A DNA stretch of 64,000 bases from an uncultured bacterium (GCA_963822585.1 CAWGIE010000039.1:97800-161799); one strand, 5' to 3'; counted from the first letter of the stretch, positions 1 to 10,366 are shown. Notes: generated by a model from the sequence alone, not told the origin. Numbers and translations are program-made.

Positions 1-37
1 TCGTGTTCTTCGTGCCCTTCGTGGTTATTAATACATT

Positions 38-730
38 TTACTCAACTGTGATACTCCGGCGGAGGGCGGCGATATTTTCCATTATATCGCCGTTAAAAAC
101 TGCGCTGCCGGCGATCAGTTCCGTGGCGCCGGATTGGACAACCAGGGGCGCAGTCTCAACCGTAATCCCTCCGTCCACGGCGATCCTGATATCCCGGTCT
201 TCCCGATCGGCCAGTTTCCGCGCGTCCCGAATCTTCTCCTCGCTGCCGGGGATGAATGTCTGGCCCCCGAAGCCGGGCTCGACACTCATGATCAGTATGA
301 GATCGACCAGGGAGATAACCGGTTCTATTGCCGCCAGGGGTGTGGCCGGACGGACGGAAATCCCGGCCCGAAGGCCCAGGTTCTTGATTGTCCGGATCGC
401 CGCCACGAAATCGGCATCTATCTCCTGATGAATGGTGATCTCGTTCGCGCCCGCCTCGGCAAAAGCGGCGATATAACGGGCCGGTTCTTCAATCATCAGG
501 TGCGCGCCCAGATAAAGACCGGTTATCCGGCGAACGGCGCGGACCACGACCGGGCCGATGGTCAAGTTGGGGACGAAGTGGCCGTCCATGACATCGAGGT
601 GCAACACCCGACAACCGGCGGCCTCAATCTGCCGGACGTCGTCTCGCAAACACGCGAAATCCGCGGAGAGGAGCGAGGGAGCGATCAGGACACCATCTCC
701 GGCCAGTTCATCTCGTTTGAGCACTTTCAT
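38..730 (-). CDS. rpe: Ribulose-phosphate 3-epimerase
   Basis: Motifs IAPSLLSADF, HLDVMDGHFVPNLTIG, MSVEPGFGGQ, VDGG. Confidence 0.97.
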   Translation of the reverse strand: MKVLKRDELAGDGVLIAPSLLSADFACLRDDVRQIEAAGCRVLHLDVMDGHFVPNLTIGPVVVRAVRRITGLYLGAHLMIEEPARYIAAFAEAGANEITIHQEIDADFVAAIRTIKNLGLRAGISVRPATPLAAIEPVISLVDLILIMSVEPGFGGQTFIPGSEEKIRDARKLADREDRDIRIAVDGGITVETAPLVVQSGATELIAGSAVFNGDIMENIAALRRSITVE

Positions 731-888
731 ATCCGTATTTTCATCAGGTTGTATTCTATGGTTTTAGAATATACTGAGTTGCCGTCAAAAGGCATTGTTT
801 TTTTAATTCCCCTTACCGGACCTCATTATCCTTGTCCCCGGGCGCTATGTACTATACTATCTTATTTTTCCGGAGGGAAAATAAGAAT

Positions 889-2544
889 ATGAACAATATA
901 ACGGTAACCATCGATGGGGAGAAACAGGTTTATCCCCGGGGCGTCACGGTGGAGATCGTCCTGCAGAGAAACCGGGGCGTGCCTCCCTTCTTCTCGCTCG
1001 GTGCGGTCCTTCATAATCACCTTCTCGATCCTGATTACACGCTGAACGATGACTGCAGCCTGCGCCTCCTGACGTCCCGCGACCGGGAAGGTTTTGCCAT
1101 TTACCGGCGAAGCGCGACCCTGATTCTGATCGAAGCCGTACACCGCCTCTTCCCTGACCGTCGGCTCTTTATCGGGCAGTCACTGGCCGATGGCTATTAT
1201 TTCGACCTCGACGACGGCGCCCCCATTGACAGATCGGACATCGACCGCATCGGCGAAACCATTCAGGCGATCATCCGGGAAGATATCCCCTTCACGAAAC
1301 ACCATCTCTCCTACGGTGAAGCCAGGAAATACTTTGAGAGCCGCGGCTTCTCGGACAAGATAACTCTCCTGAGTTTCTACCGCTCCCCGGAAATCAGCCT
1401 GGTCGGGTGCGGCAAAGCGCTGGAGTTCTATACCGGCCCCCTGGCCCCCTCGACCGGCCGCATCGCCATCCTCGCCCTGGAACCGTATGAAGACGGCTTC
1501 ATACTCCGCTTCCCCACCTGGGAGGAGCAGGCGGCCATTCCTCCCATGCGCCTGGAGAAGAAACTTTTCGCAATCTACCAGGAGTCACGGGCGTGGAACA
1601 GGATCCTTTCGGTGGAGAATGTCGGACAGCTGAACAACCTCTGTGTGACCGGAAAAATCCGGGAACTGATCATGGTCGCGGAGGCTTTGCACGCGAAAAA
1701 GATCGCCGCCATCGCCGATGAGATTTCCCGGCGGGGTGAGTCGGTCAAGCTGAGCTTGATTGCCGGGCCCTCGGGATCCGGGAAGACGACATTTGCCAAA
1801 CGGTTAAGCATCCAGCTGCGGGTCAACGGACTTGATCCGGTGATCATCAGCATGGATAACTACTTTAAAGACCGGGAGGCGACACCACGGGATGCGAACG
1901 GTGAGCAGGATTTCGAATCACTGGAGGCCGTGGACCTGGATCTTTTCACCCGGCACCTGAGGGAGTTGATCGCGGGAAAAATGATCCAGGCCCCCCGTTA
2001 CGATTTCAAAAGAGGAACCAGGCGCGATGATTTCATCCCCATCCAATTGACGCCGGGTAAGATCCTGCTCATAGAAGGAATCCATTGTCTCAACGACCGG
2101 GTGACGTCGGCGGTCCCTCCCCGGAACAAGTTCCTCGTTTACATCAGCGCCCTCACCCAGCTCCGGCTCGATAACCACACCCGGATCTTCACCTCCGATA
2201 CCCGGCTTTTACGGAGGATCGTCCGGGACCGGATCTTCCGGGGGTGGTCCGCGCTCGACACCATCCGGAGGTGGCCCTCGGTCCGGCGCGGCGAGCGGAT
2301 CAACATCTTCCCTTTTCAGGAAAACGCCGATGTCCTCTTCAATTCCGCCCTGGTCTATGAATACGCGGTCCTGAAGAATTACGCCGAGCTGGCGTTGCTG
2401 GACACCACCCCTGAACATCCCGAATACGTGGAGGTCGAGAGACTGCTCTCTTTTCTCTCCTGGTTCGCCCCGATCTCGGAAAGGGACGTACCGTCCACAT
2501 CGATCCTGCGGGAATTTATCGGCGACAGCTTCTTCGACTACTGA
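889..2544 (+). CDS. Nucleoside/uridine kinase family protein with N-terminal TGS/ThrRS-like domain
   Basis: ThrRS-N-like region (GYYFD...EDIPF), Walker A AGPSGSGKTT, ISMDNYF, IEGIH, RRWPSVRRGE. Start set at ATG 889 after GGAGG. Confidence 0.88.
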   Translation: MNNITVTIDGEKQVYPRGVTVEIVLQRNRGVPPFFSLGAVLHNHLLDPDYTLNDDCSLRLLTSRDREGFAIYRRSATLILIEAVHRLFPDRRLFIGQSLADGYYFDLDDGAPIDRSDIDRIGETIQAIIREDIPFTKHHLSYGEARKYFESRGFSDKITLLSFYRSPEISLVGCGKALEFYTGPLAPSTGRIAILALEPYEDGFILRFPTWEEQAAIPPMRLEKKLFAIYQESRAWNRILSVENVGQLNNLCVTGKIRELIMVAEALHAKKIAAIADEISRRGESVKLSLIAGPSGSGKTTFAKRLSIQLRVNGLDPVIISMDNYFKDREATPRDANGEQDFESLEAVDLDLFTRHLRELIAGKMIQAPRYDFKRGTRRDDFIPIQLTPGKILLIEGIHCLNDRVTSAVPPRNKFLVYISALTQLRLDNHTRIFTSDTRLLRRIVRDRIFRGWSALDTIRRWPSVRRGERINIFPFQENADVLFNSALVYEYAVLKNYAELALLDTTPEHPEYVEVERLLSFLSWFAPISERDVPSTSILREFIGDSFFDY

Positions 2545-2566
2545 ACCTGCCCGGCCGGGATAGCCG

Positions 2567-3328
2567 TCAACTGATCGTGCCGTTTATATACTCGCGGGTC
2601 AGTTCCTGCCGGGGGTCGCGGAAAATCTCCTCGGCCGGCCCCCATTCCACCAGTTTTCCCAGGTAGAAAAAGAGAACAAAATCGGCCAGCCGTTTCGCCT
2701 GGCGCAGGATGTGGGTAACGACCACGATAGTGTAATCCTTCTTCAGATCCATGAACTTGCGTTCGATCCTCTGACTGGCCGCCGGATCAAGCGCTGAGGT
2801 CGGTTCATCGCCCAGGATGATCTCGGGCTCAACCGCCAGGCCCCGGGCCAGGCACAGACGCTGCTGCTGCCCGATCGAGAGCCGGCTGGCCGGCTCATGA
2901 AGACGGGCGCGGACTTCTTCCCAGAGACTGGATTCCCTCAGGTAATGTTCCACTATTGCATCCAGCCGGTTTCTCTTTCGAATGCCGTGAATCCGGGGGC
3001 CGTAGGCGACATTGTCATAAATCGACATCGGGAGCGGAGACGGCTTCTGGGAGAGCAAGCCCATTTTCCTCCGGATATGGGTGACTTCGGTTCCGGGGGC
3101 ATAAATATTTTCGCCGTCCAACAGGACCTCCCCGTTCACCCTCGTGTCCTCCACCAGATCCAGCATCCGGTTGAACGATTTCAGAAAAGTCGATTTCCCG
3201 CAGCCGGAGGGGCCGATAATAGCCGTTATCCTGTGCTCGGGGATATCGACCGTTATGTTTTTCAAGGCCTGTTCCTTCCCGTAAAAAACATTGAGATTCC
3301 GTACGCTGATGTGGGTCCTTGTTTCCAT
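2567..3328 (-). CDS. pstB: Phosphate ABC transporter ATP-binding protein
   Basis: GPSGCGKST, FNRM, LSIGQQQRLCLAR, DEPTSALDP; operon context. Confidence 0.95.
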   Translation of the reverse strand: METRTHISVRNLNVFYGKEQALKNITVDIPEHRITAIIGPSGCGKSTFLKSFNRMLDLVEDTRVNGEVLLDGENIYAPGTEVTHIRRKMGLLSQKPSPLPMSIYDNVAYGPRIHGIRKRNRLDAIVEHYLRESSLWEEVRARLHEPASRLSIGQQQRLCLARGLAVEPEIILGDEPTSALDPAASQRIERKFMDLKKDYTIVVVTHILRQAKRLADFVLFFYLGKLVEWGPAEEIFRDPRQELTREYINGTIS

Positions 3329-3353
3329 CGCTCGCTCTCTTATATTTACCGGG

Positions 3354-4205
3354 TTATTTAATGATGTGGCGGGACATTCTCCGGCTCAGGAGGCGAACCA
3401 GGAGGCTGATAAAGAGAATGACGACCGTGAGTATAAAAGCCGACGCGTACGCCCGCTCCTGGACTTCCGGGAAGGGCGTGCCCAGTTGATAAAAAATGGC
3501 CAGAGGAAGCGTGGCCACCGGGCGCAGCAGTGAAACGGGGAGATGGTCGGTGAACCCGGCGGTGAAGATCACCGCGGCGGCATCCCCGATCCCCCGACCG
3601 AAGGCGATCAGAACCGCCGTGGCCAGGCCCGGGAGTGCCTGCCGTGCCACCACTCTGCAGGCGGTCTCCCAGCGGGTTGCTCCCAGGGCATAGGACGCTT
3701 CCAGCAGTTCCTCCGGAATCATCTTGATCACTTCGTCCATGGCCCGGCTCATGATGGGAAGAACGAGCAGGGCCACGGCGATAATCCCCCCCAGCAGAGA
3801 GGCCCGCAGCCCGAAAAAAATCATCACGGTGAACCCGAAGGCCCCGTACACAATCGAGGGGATCCCCCAGAGGACATCGAAACAGATCCGGGTAAAAGCG
3901 GCCAGACGGGAACCACGACGGCCGTAGACATTGAGATAAAGCACCACCGGCAGGCTGACGCTGAGAGCGAGAGCGGTGGCGCCTCCGGCCAGATAGAGGG
4001 AACCGACGATGGCGTTCAGCACCCCTCCCTCTTTTCCCAGGTAGAAACCTCCCGCCGGGATCCGTGTGATCATATCCAGGTCCATGGCCGGGAGGCCCTT
4101 GATGACAACCGTGCCCAGGATCAGGAAAAGGGTGGCCATTATAATCAGGGCCGCGGTGACCATCAGCACCTTCCCGATCATTTCTTCCAGCTTTCTCCTA
4201 TCCAT
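3354..4205 (-). CDS. pstA: Phosphate ABC transporter permease PstA
   Basis: GGVLNAIVGS, GIPSIVYG, EASYALGATRW. Confidence 0.93.
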   Translation of the reverse strand: MDRRKLEEMIGKVLMVTAALIIMATLFLILGTVVIKGLPAMDLDMITRIPAGGFYLGKEGGVLNAIVGSLYLAGGATALALSVSLPVVLYLNVYGRRGSRLAAFTRICFDVLWGIPSIVYGAFGFTVMIFFGLRASLLGGIIAVALLVLPIMSRAMDEVIKMIPEELLEASYALGATRWETACRVVARQALPGLATAVLIAFGRGIGDAAAVIFTAGFTDHLPVSLLRPVATLPLAIFYQLGTPFPEVQERAYASAFILTVVILFISLLVRLLSRRMSRHIIK

Positions 4206-4206
4206 C

Positions 4207-5106
4207 TTATCGTACCCTCTTCTCCACTTTCATCAGAACAAAACGAGACAGCACATTAAAACCGACCACCACCAGGAACAGAATCAGTGAAGCCAGCATC
4301 AGAGCCGAGTCGTATAAGGGGATCGAGGCCATCTCCCCGTAATTATTGGCGATCAAGGCCGGCAGCGGATAGACCGGGTCGAAAAGAGAAGAGGGAATCC
4401 GGGCCACGTTTCCCGCTACCATGAGAACGGCCATCGTCTCTCCGAATGCCCGGGAAATACCCAGGACGACGGCCGCGATCAGCCCCGGCATAGCCTTGCG
4501 GACGACAACGTATTTCACCGTCTGCCACCGGGTCGCTCCCAGGGCCAGGGAGGCCTCCCGGAGATTTCCCGGCACCGCCCGGAAGACTTCCAGTGAGACA
4601 TGGATAATGACCGGGAAGATCATGATCGCCAAGACAATGCCCCCGGCCAGGGCGCAGTAACCGGTGGAAAAAACCCCGAAGAAGGGAGCTATCCGGTCCT
4701 TGATCAGAGGGACGATCACCAGTATCCCCCAAATCCCGAAAACAACCGAAGGGATCCCCGCCAGCAGGTCGATCAGGGGCTTGGAGCCTTCCCGGATCAG
4801 GCGGGGCGCGTAATCGGCGAGATACGCCGCCGTCAACAGACAGAGAGGGACGGCGATCGCTACCGCCACGGCGGTGACTATCAATGTCCCCAGGATAAAA
4901 GGGTAGAAGCCGAACTCGCCCCGCAGGGGATGCCAGCTCCGGGAAAGGAGAAGTTCCGGGAGAGACTTCATCGCCAGGATCGGCCGGGAACGCTGGTAAA
5001 GCCCTCCGGCCATTAGAAAGACAATCAGACAGCACCCGACCGTCATGACCAGCAGGAGCCGACCGAGCCACGCATCCTTAAAAAGCCGTTTTCGGAGCAC
5101 ATTCAC
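4207..5106 (-). CDS. pstC: Phosphate ABC transporter permease PstC
   Basis: LLAGIPSVVFG, EASLALGATRWQ, SRAFGETMAVLMVAGN. Confidence 0.95.
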   Translation of the reverse strand: MNVLRKRLFKDAWLGRLLLVMTVGCCLIVFLMAGGLYQRSRPILAMKSLPELLLSRSWHPLRGEFGFYPFILGTLIVTAVAVAIAVPLCLLTAAYLADYAPRLIREGSKPLIDLLAGIPSVVFGIWGILVIVPLIKDRIAPFFGVFSTGYCALAGGIVLAIMIFPVIIHVSLEVFRAVPGNLREASLALGATRWQTVKYVVVRKAMPGLIAAVVLGISRAFGETMAVLMVAGNVARIPSSLFDPVYPLPALIANNYGEMASIPLYDSALMLASLILFLVVVGFNVLSRFVLMKVEKRVR

Positions 5107-6071
5107 CGTTCAAGCTTTTCCAGTTCTTCCCGCAGTTTCTCCCTGCTCAGATTGATATATCCCGACTCGGGGACATACTGCTGCCCGTCGGTCAGGACCC
5201 ATTGGATAAATTCCCGGACCACCGGCCGATCGGGTCTGCCCTGTGAAACGAAATGGAGTTCCCGCGCGGGCGGCGAGGGATATCTCCCGGCGGCGATCGC
5301 CCCCGTCAGCTCATCGCGGGTATGATAGAAATTTTCGTCAGGATCGAGGGACCCATTCCCGTTCAGGTCTATCGGCATCACCCGTAATCCAGCCACCTCC
5401 CTTCCGGTGGCGGCGTCATAGACGTAGTTAATGTTATTGAAGCCGATCCCCAGAACATCCTTGCGCACGGCTTCCGCCAGTCCCGGATCGCCGTAGACGC
5501 CGACATCGAGCAGATCCTCCTGATTTTTTCCCAGGAACCGGGCCCAGGTTTCGGCCGCCCCGCAGGCATCCGAGCGGGTATAGACATGAATGTCGGCCGG
5601 AAACGGATCGTTCACCACTTCGCCCCAGCTTTTGATCTTCCCCGTTATCCAGATCCCGGCGAACGTGTCCTTACCGCCGCCCCGGGAGAGAATTTTTTCC
5701 AAGACCGGGTTGTCGGCATTGACGGTCGGCACCACCGCGTCTTTCGTCACCGAGACCCACCAGGCACCCTTCTCTATTTCAGCCGGATAGATCTCCCGGG
5801 AGACCATCCCGATATCCACCGACCGGGAGAGGCAGTCAACCATCCCTTTGCCGGCCCCGCCGGCAGCCACATCGATAGTTACATCCGGATGGATCTTCTT
5901 GAACTCTTCCGCCCAGCGGACGACCATGGGGTAGAGCGCCCAGGCCCCTGAGAGGGTGATGATTCCCTGGAACGATTCCGGCTGAGTCTCCCCCGCGGCA
6001 GGTGCGACGACGCCGTGGAATATAGCGATGACCTGTACAACAACCCCGATAACAACCTTCATCCGTTTCAC
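5103..6071 (-). CDS. pstS: Phosphate ABC transporter substrate-binding protein
   Basis: Signal peptide, SGAWALYP, GGAGKG, DIGMVSR; first gene of the pst operon. Confidence 0.9.
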   Translation of the reverse strand: MKRMKVVIGVVVQVIAIFHGVVAPAAGETQPESFQGIITLSGAWALYPMVVRWAEEFKKIHPDVTIDVAAGGAGKGMVDCLSRSVDIGMVSREIYPAEIEKGAWWVSVTKDAVVPTVNADNPVLEKILSRGGGKDTFAGIWITGKIKSWGEVVNDPFPADIHVYTRSDACGAAETWARFLGKNQEDLLDVGVYGDPGLAEAVRKDVLGIGFNNINYVYDAATGREVAGLRVMPIDLNGNGSLDPDENFYHTRDELTGAIAAGRYPSPPARELHFVSQGRPDRPVVREFIQWVLTDGQQYVPESGYINLSREKLREELEKLER

Positions 6072-6213
6072 AACGCCTCCTTTTCCCGAAAAACGGGTTT
6101 TGCACGTCGCAAATCAGACCGGGTTACCTCCCGGCATGATCCGGTCAATTGTTCCGTTTACTCCTCATCTTTCCGGCAATCATCTTCAAATATACCCCCA
6201 TGATACTCTTTAG

Positions 6214-6246
6214 GGAGTGTTATAACACTCCTATGGTTACTGTCAA
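6214..6246 (-). promoter_or_regulatory. Sigma70-like promoter of pstSCAB with overlapping 18-bp palindrome
   Basis: Minus strand TTGACA (6241-6246), 16 nt, TATAAC (6219-6224). Perfect palindrome GGAGTGTTATAACACTCC at 6214-6231. Confidence 0.6.
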
Positions 6247-6392
6247 GCAGGAAAATAAAAAAATTGATCTCGGTATCCTCGGTCAAACAAGAGAATCAGG
6301 GACAAATAGGTATTTTCCTCGCTCCTAAACCGGGTTATACTGTGAGCGGAGGCACGTTCCGGAAGACCCGAACCGCTATTGAAGAGGAAGCG

Positions 6393-7586
6393 ATGAAAGC
6401 GAAAAAAAGCCGCCTGAAGGGGCTGATCCTATCCCGGGGGGCACTGGAGGACATCCGGGCGACTCTGGCCGAAAGGATCAGGGAAGGTCTGAAAAAAGAG
6501 AAGGGGGAGATCGGGGCGCTCCCGACCTACCTTGCTCCGCCGGGCGCCGATGCTGCCGGAGAAGCCCTGGTCATTGACATCGGAGGGACCAACATCCGGG
6601 CTGCTGGTGTCTCGCTATCAAGAGGCGGGACGGTCGCTGTCAGCCGGAAACCGGCCGCCACCCTCCTTACCAGCACCTGGGATTCGGCCGCGGCCTTCTT
6701 CGACCGGCAGGCCGAACTCGCCCTCTCCCTCGCACCTTCACCGGGGCTGCCGATCGGTTACTGCTTCTCCTACCCTTTTCAGGCCCGGCCGGACGGCGAC
6801 GCGGTCCTCCTTTACTGGACCAAGCAACTCACCGTACCCGGGGTTGCCGGCCACAAGGTCGGCGAGATGCTTCTAAACGCCTTCGCGCAGAGGGGGTATC
6901 GGGCGCGGCGGGTCCGGGTACTCAACGATACCGTCGCCTCCCTGCTGGGGGGCGATCTGGGGTTCCGGAAAGGGGGACGATTCGACACCTTCATCGGCCT
7001 GATCGTGGGGACAGGAACCAACATGGCCGCCTATTTCCCGACTCATCTTCTGGCCGCTAAAGTATCCGGAACTGAGTTCGGCCACGCTAAAATGGCGGTC
7101 AATCTCGAATCCGGGAACTACCATCCCCCGCACCTGACCTCTTTCGACGACGAGCTGGACGCGACCTACCCCCACGCCGGCCGGCACCGGCTGGAGAAAG
7201 CCGTCTCAGGAAAGTTTCTCCCCCCGCTCTATACCTTCATCAAGGGAGGCCGGGCGACCCCCCCCTTTCTTTCCACCCGGGAGCTCTTTGAGCTGGCCCG
7301 AAAGCATCCGGAGACACCGGATTCAACCCTGGCCCGGGCCATCGTCAGCCGTTCCGCCGATCTGGTCGCCGCCTGCCTGGCGGGGCTGATCGATGTTCTG
7401 GAGGCGAAGGGACGGATCGGGATACTGGGGGAAGGCGGCGTCATCAACAACAACCCGGACTATCATGCTCGGGTCACACGGCAACTGGCAACGCTCCTGG
7501 GAGACAACCCGGAATCCCCCACCCGCTTCGACATCCTCCAGCTGGAGAACGTCAACCTGATCGGGGCGGCGGCGGCCGCCATCTGA
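6393..7586 (+). CDS. Hexokinase family protein (eukaryote-type fold)
   Basis: LVIDIGGTNIR, GYCFSYP, WTK, VLNDTVA, IVGTGTN, NLESG, LEKAVSG. ATG 6393 after GAGGA. Confidence 0.9.
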   Translation: MKAKKSRLKGLILSRGALEDIRATLAERIREGLKKEKGEIGALPTYLAPPGADAAGEALVIDIGGTNIRAAGVSLSRGGTVAVSRKPAATLLTSTWDSAAAFFDRQAELALSLAPSPGLPIGYCFSYPFQARPDGDAVLLYWTKQLTVPGVAGHKVGEMLLNAFAQRGYRARRVRVLNDTVASLLGGDLGFRKGGRFDTFIGLIVGTGTNMAAYFPTHLLAAKVSGTEFGHAKMAVNLESGNYHPPHLTSFDDELDATYPHAGRHRLEKAVSGKFLPPLYTFIKGGRATPPFLSTRELFELARKHPETPDSTLARAIVSRSADLVAACLAGLIDVLEAKGRIGILGEGGVINNNPDYHARVTRQLATLLGDNPESPTRFDILQLENVNLIGAAAAAI

Positions 7587-7588
7587 AT

Positions 7589-8488
7589 ATGAAATCACCG
7601 GCGAAATCCATCTTCTTGCTTGGACTGATTCTCCCTCTTCTCCCGGTCCGGCCCGCTCTCGGCTGGTATGACTGGCCCCACCGGGTAATCGCCGAGATCG
7701 CCGAAATTCATCTCGACCAGGACGCCCGGCAGGAAGTCGCCTTTCTCCTCGGTGAAAAGACCAGGATGGCCGACGTGGCAAACTGGGCCGACCAGATCCG
7801 CCACGACTGCTGGTGGACCGCCCCCTGGCATTTCATCAACTGGCCCCTGGAACTTGAAATACCCGATTACGATGTCCTGGCCACCCGGAGGGGGAACGTG
7901 GTTTGGGCAGTTGAGAAACAGTTGGCGATCTTCCGCGATCGGCAGAAGAGCCGGGAGGACCGACGGGAAGCCCTGGAATTCGTTATCCATTTCGTGGGCG
8001 ATCTCCACGAGCCGCTGCACTGCGGGCAGCGGGAAGACCGGGGAGGCAACAGCATCCCGGTCCTCTTCCAGGGGCGGCGGATCAACCTCCATGCTGCCTG
8101 GGACGGCGAGATCTACGATACCGGCGGGGAGACGCCGGCCCGGCACGCCGCCGGTCTCCTTGAAGGTCTGCAACCGGCGGAGCGGGACCGGATCATGCGG
8201 GGATGCCCCTATGACTGGGCGGTTGAATCTCACCGGATAGATCGGGATTTCGTTTATGCCCGGCTGCCAGATCTGACCGGAGACGCCGGCCGACCGCAGG
8301 CCCCGGAGCTTTCCGGTCCTTACGCCGAGGCGGCGCGCCCGATCATCCGCCGCCGCCTTCTGGAAGCCGGCCTCCGCCTCGCCTATCTCCTGAACCAGGC
8401 TGTCGCCAACGCTTCCCCTCAGCTTCCCGCGACACCGACTGCTCACCACGGGGGAAGCGGAGATCGAACGCCCTCTCCGAACAAATAG
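7589..8488 (+). CDS. Secreted S1/P1 nuclease
   Basis: Signal peptide then WxxxxH, WADQIR, WHFIN, HFVGDLHEPLH, DRGGN, NLHAAWD. Confidence 0.93.
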   Translation: MKSPAKSIFLLGLILPLLPVRPALGWYDWPHRVIAEIAEIHLDQDARQEVAFLLGEKTRMADVANWADQIRHDCWWTAPWHFINWPLELEIPDYDVLATRRGNVVWAVEKQLAIFRDRQKSREDRREALEFVIHFVGDLHEPLHCGQREDRGGNSIPVLFQGRRINLHAAWDGEIYDTGGETPARHAAGLLEGLQPAERDRIMRGCPYDWAVESHRIDRDFVYARLPDLTGDAGRPQAPELSGPYAEAARPIIRRRLLEAGLRLAYLLNQAVANASPQLPATPTAHHGGSGDRTPSPNK

Positions 8489-8490
8489 CG

Positions 8491-8596
8491 AATAGGGGAT
8501 GGTGCTGCTTTGTTGTTTTATTCAGCGGGTTATCCAGTCAGGAAAAACCGAAAGGGGTTGGCTGAAGAAAGCAACAAAACAAGACCGTCCCCTATT
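8491..8596. repeat. Imperfect inverted-repeat (REP-like) element; one arm recurs at 32535-32562
   Basis: aataggggatggtgctgctttgttgttttattcagc pairs with gctgaagaaagcaacaaaacaagaccgtcccctatt. Confidence 0.65.
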
Positions 8597-8639
8597 TACA
8601 GGTTTCTGACCGAACCAACAGCCAATATGATAAACGGAG

Positions 8640-10112
8640 ATGAATATGACCCGAGGGGATAAATCAACGATAATCCTGCTGACCATAACCCTCTGTCTTA
8701 TCGTCACTCCGGCTTTCCTCCCTTGCCTAAAAAATGATTTCGTTAACTGGGATGACGATCGCTACGTATACAAAAACACGGATGCGCTGAATTTATCCTT
8801 GGGCAATCTTCGAAGAATCTCCACCACTTTCTTCGAAGGTCACTATTTCCCCCTCACTTTGCTTTCCTTCGCTGTCGAGTACCACGAGTTCGGCCTGGAT
8901 CCCCTTCCCTATCACATTACTAACCTTCTTCTTCACAATCTGAACTGCCTGCTGGTTTTCTTCTTCGTTTTCAAAATTAGCGGCAGCGTATCCGCCTCCT
9001 TCATAACATCGCTTTTATTTGGCATTCACCCTTTTCATGCGGGAGTTGTTGCCTGGATCACAAATCGGAAGGAACTGCTCATGGCGTTTTTCTTTTTAAG
9101 TTCGACCGTCAGTTATCTGCGCTATTCTGAGCTCCATGTCCGGAAATATTATTGGCTCTCTTTGCTGCTGTTTATTCTGGCCCTATTATCGAAATCCATG
9201 GCCGTTACTCTTCCTTTGGTATTGCTCCTCTGTGATTACGCTCGCGGATCGATCAATGTTAGATCTTGGAAGGAAAAAATCCCGTATTTTGTGATAAGTT
9301 TTGTTTTTGGAATCGTAGCCCTTCTCGCCAGAGGTTCGGCAATACACACCGCCCCTGAACCCCCGGTATCCCTGGATAATATTTTTGGTACCACCTACAC
9401 TCTCATCGCCTATTTTCTCCCTAGGCAAATACTGCCTATCCATCCCTATCTTCCCGCCATCAGCAGAAACAGTATTGTTTACTGGCTATCGCCATTACCG
9501 GTGGTAGGCCTGATCACCATGATCGTTTTTCTGCGAAAATGTCACAAGAAGATAACCTTCGGCCTGGCGTTCTTCCTGATCACTATTCTTCCCCCTCTGA
9601 AGCTGATCACGATCGGTCCGACCGCCGATAGATACGCTTACCTTCCCTCCATTGGGATTTATTTCATCATCGGCGAAGTCTTTATCTTCCTGACACAAAG
9701 GAAATTCCACAACAACCGATCCGCAAAGATTGCTTTATGGACACTGCTCATCTCCGGATTTGCCGTATTTTATGCGACTACTCAAGAGCGCTGCAAAGTC
9801 TGGAAGAACGGCATAACTTTATACAGCGACATCCTGGCCCACTCCCACCATCCTTTTAATATTGCACTGTCCCTTATAAACCGGGCGGAAGCCTATACCG
9901 ATAAAGGCCTCCCTGAGAAAGCTCTTGAAGATTTAAATCGGGCATTATCGATCTTACCCGATTATGGTCCGGCTTATCTAGATAGGGCAAAAGCATATTT
10001 CGAATTAAAAAAATATGACCAAGCCCGGGATGATCTTCACCAGGCGGCTCGGCTGAGAGTTAAGGTCGACCCTGAATTTAACAACAAGCTCCGCAAGACC
10101 ATCAGCAAATAG
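8640..10112 (+). CDS. TMTC-like membrane glycosyltransferase (GT-C) with C-terminal TPRs
   Basis: NDFVNWDD..YV, YFPLT, LFGIHP, LLSK, ADRYAYLP, multiple TM helices, terminal TPRs; AT-richer than its flanks. Confidence 0.82.
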   Translation: MNMTRGDKSTIILLTITLCLIVTPAFLPCLKNDFVNWDDDRYVYKNTDALNLSLGNLRRISTTFFEGHYFPLTLLSFAVEYHEFGLDPLPYHITNLLLHNLNCLLVFFFVFKISGSVSASFITSLLFGIHPFHAGVVAWITNRKELLMAFFFLSSTVSYLRYSELHVRKYYWLSLLLFILALLSKSMAVTLPLVLLLCDYARGSINVRSWKEKIPYFVISFVFGIVALLARGSAIHTAPEPPVSLDNIFGTTYTLIAYFLPRQILPIHPYLPAISRNSIVYWLSPLPVVGLITMIVFLRKCHKKITFGLAFFLITILPPLKLITIGPTADRYAYLPSIGIYFIIGEVFIFLTQRKFHNNRSAKIALWTLLISGFAVFYATTQERCKVWKNGITLYSDILAHSHHPFNIALSLINRAEAYTDKGLPEKALEDLNRALSILPDYGPAYLDRAKAYFELKKYDQARDDLHQAARLRVKVDPEFNNKLRKTISK

Positions 10113-10177
10113 GCTGTCGGAACGGATAAGTTGGAAACAAATGATTGGGGGATAATGACGTGCGTGTAATCACTACC

Positions 10178-10366
10178 GAACTGATTCACCCACGACGCGA
10201 GGTCGTGGGGATCTTTGGTTGCTGGGTGGTTCTGTAGCCGAGAACCATTCACCCACGGCACCCCGATGCAGTCTCGGGGGGGACCAAGGCCGTGGGGGCC
10301 TGTGGTTACAAGGCGGCGCTGTAGCTGATGAACTGATTCACCCACCCCGGTTTACCGGGGTGGGGG
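10178..10366. repeat. Three tandem hairpin units ATTCACCCAC..GTGGGG (IS200/IS605-end or REP-like)
   Basis: Units near 10178-10210, 10232-10298 and 10319-10366 with compensatory stem changes. Confidence 0.65.
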
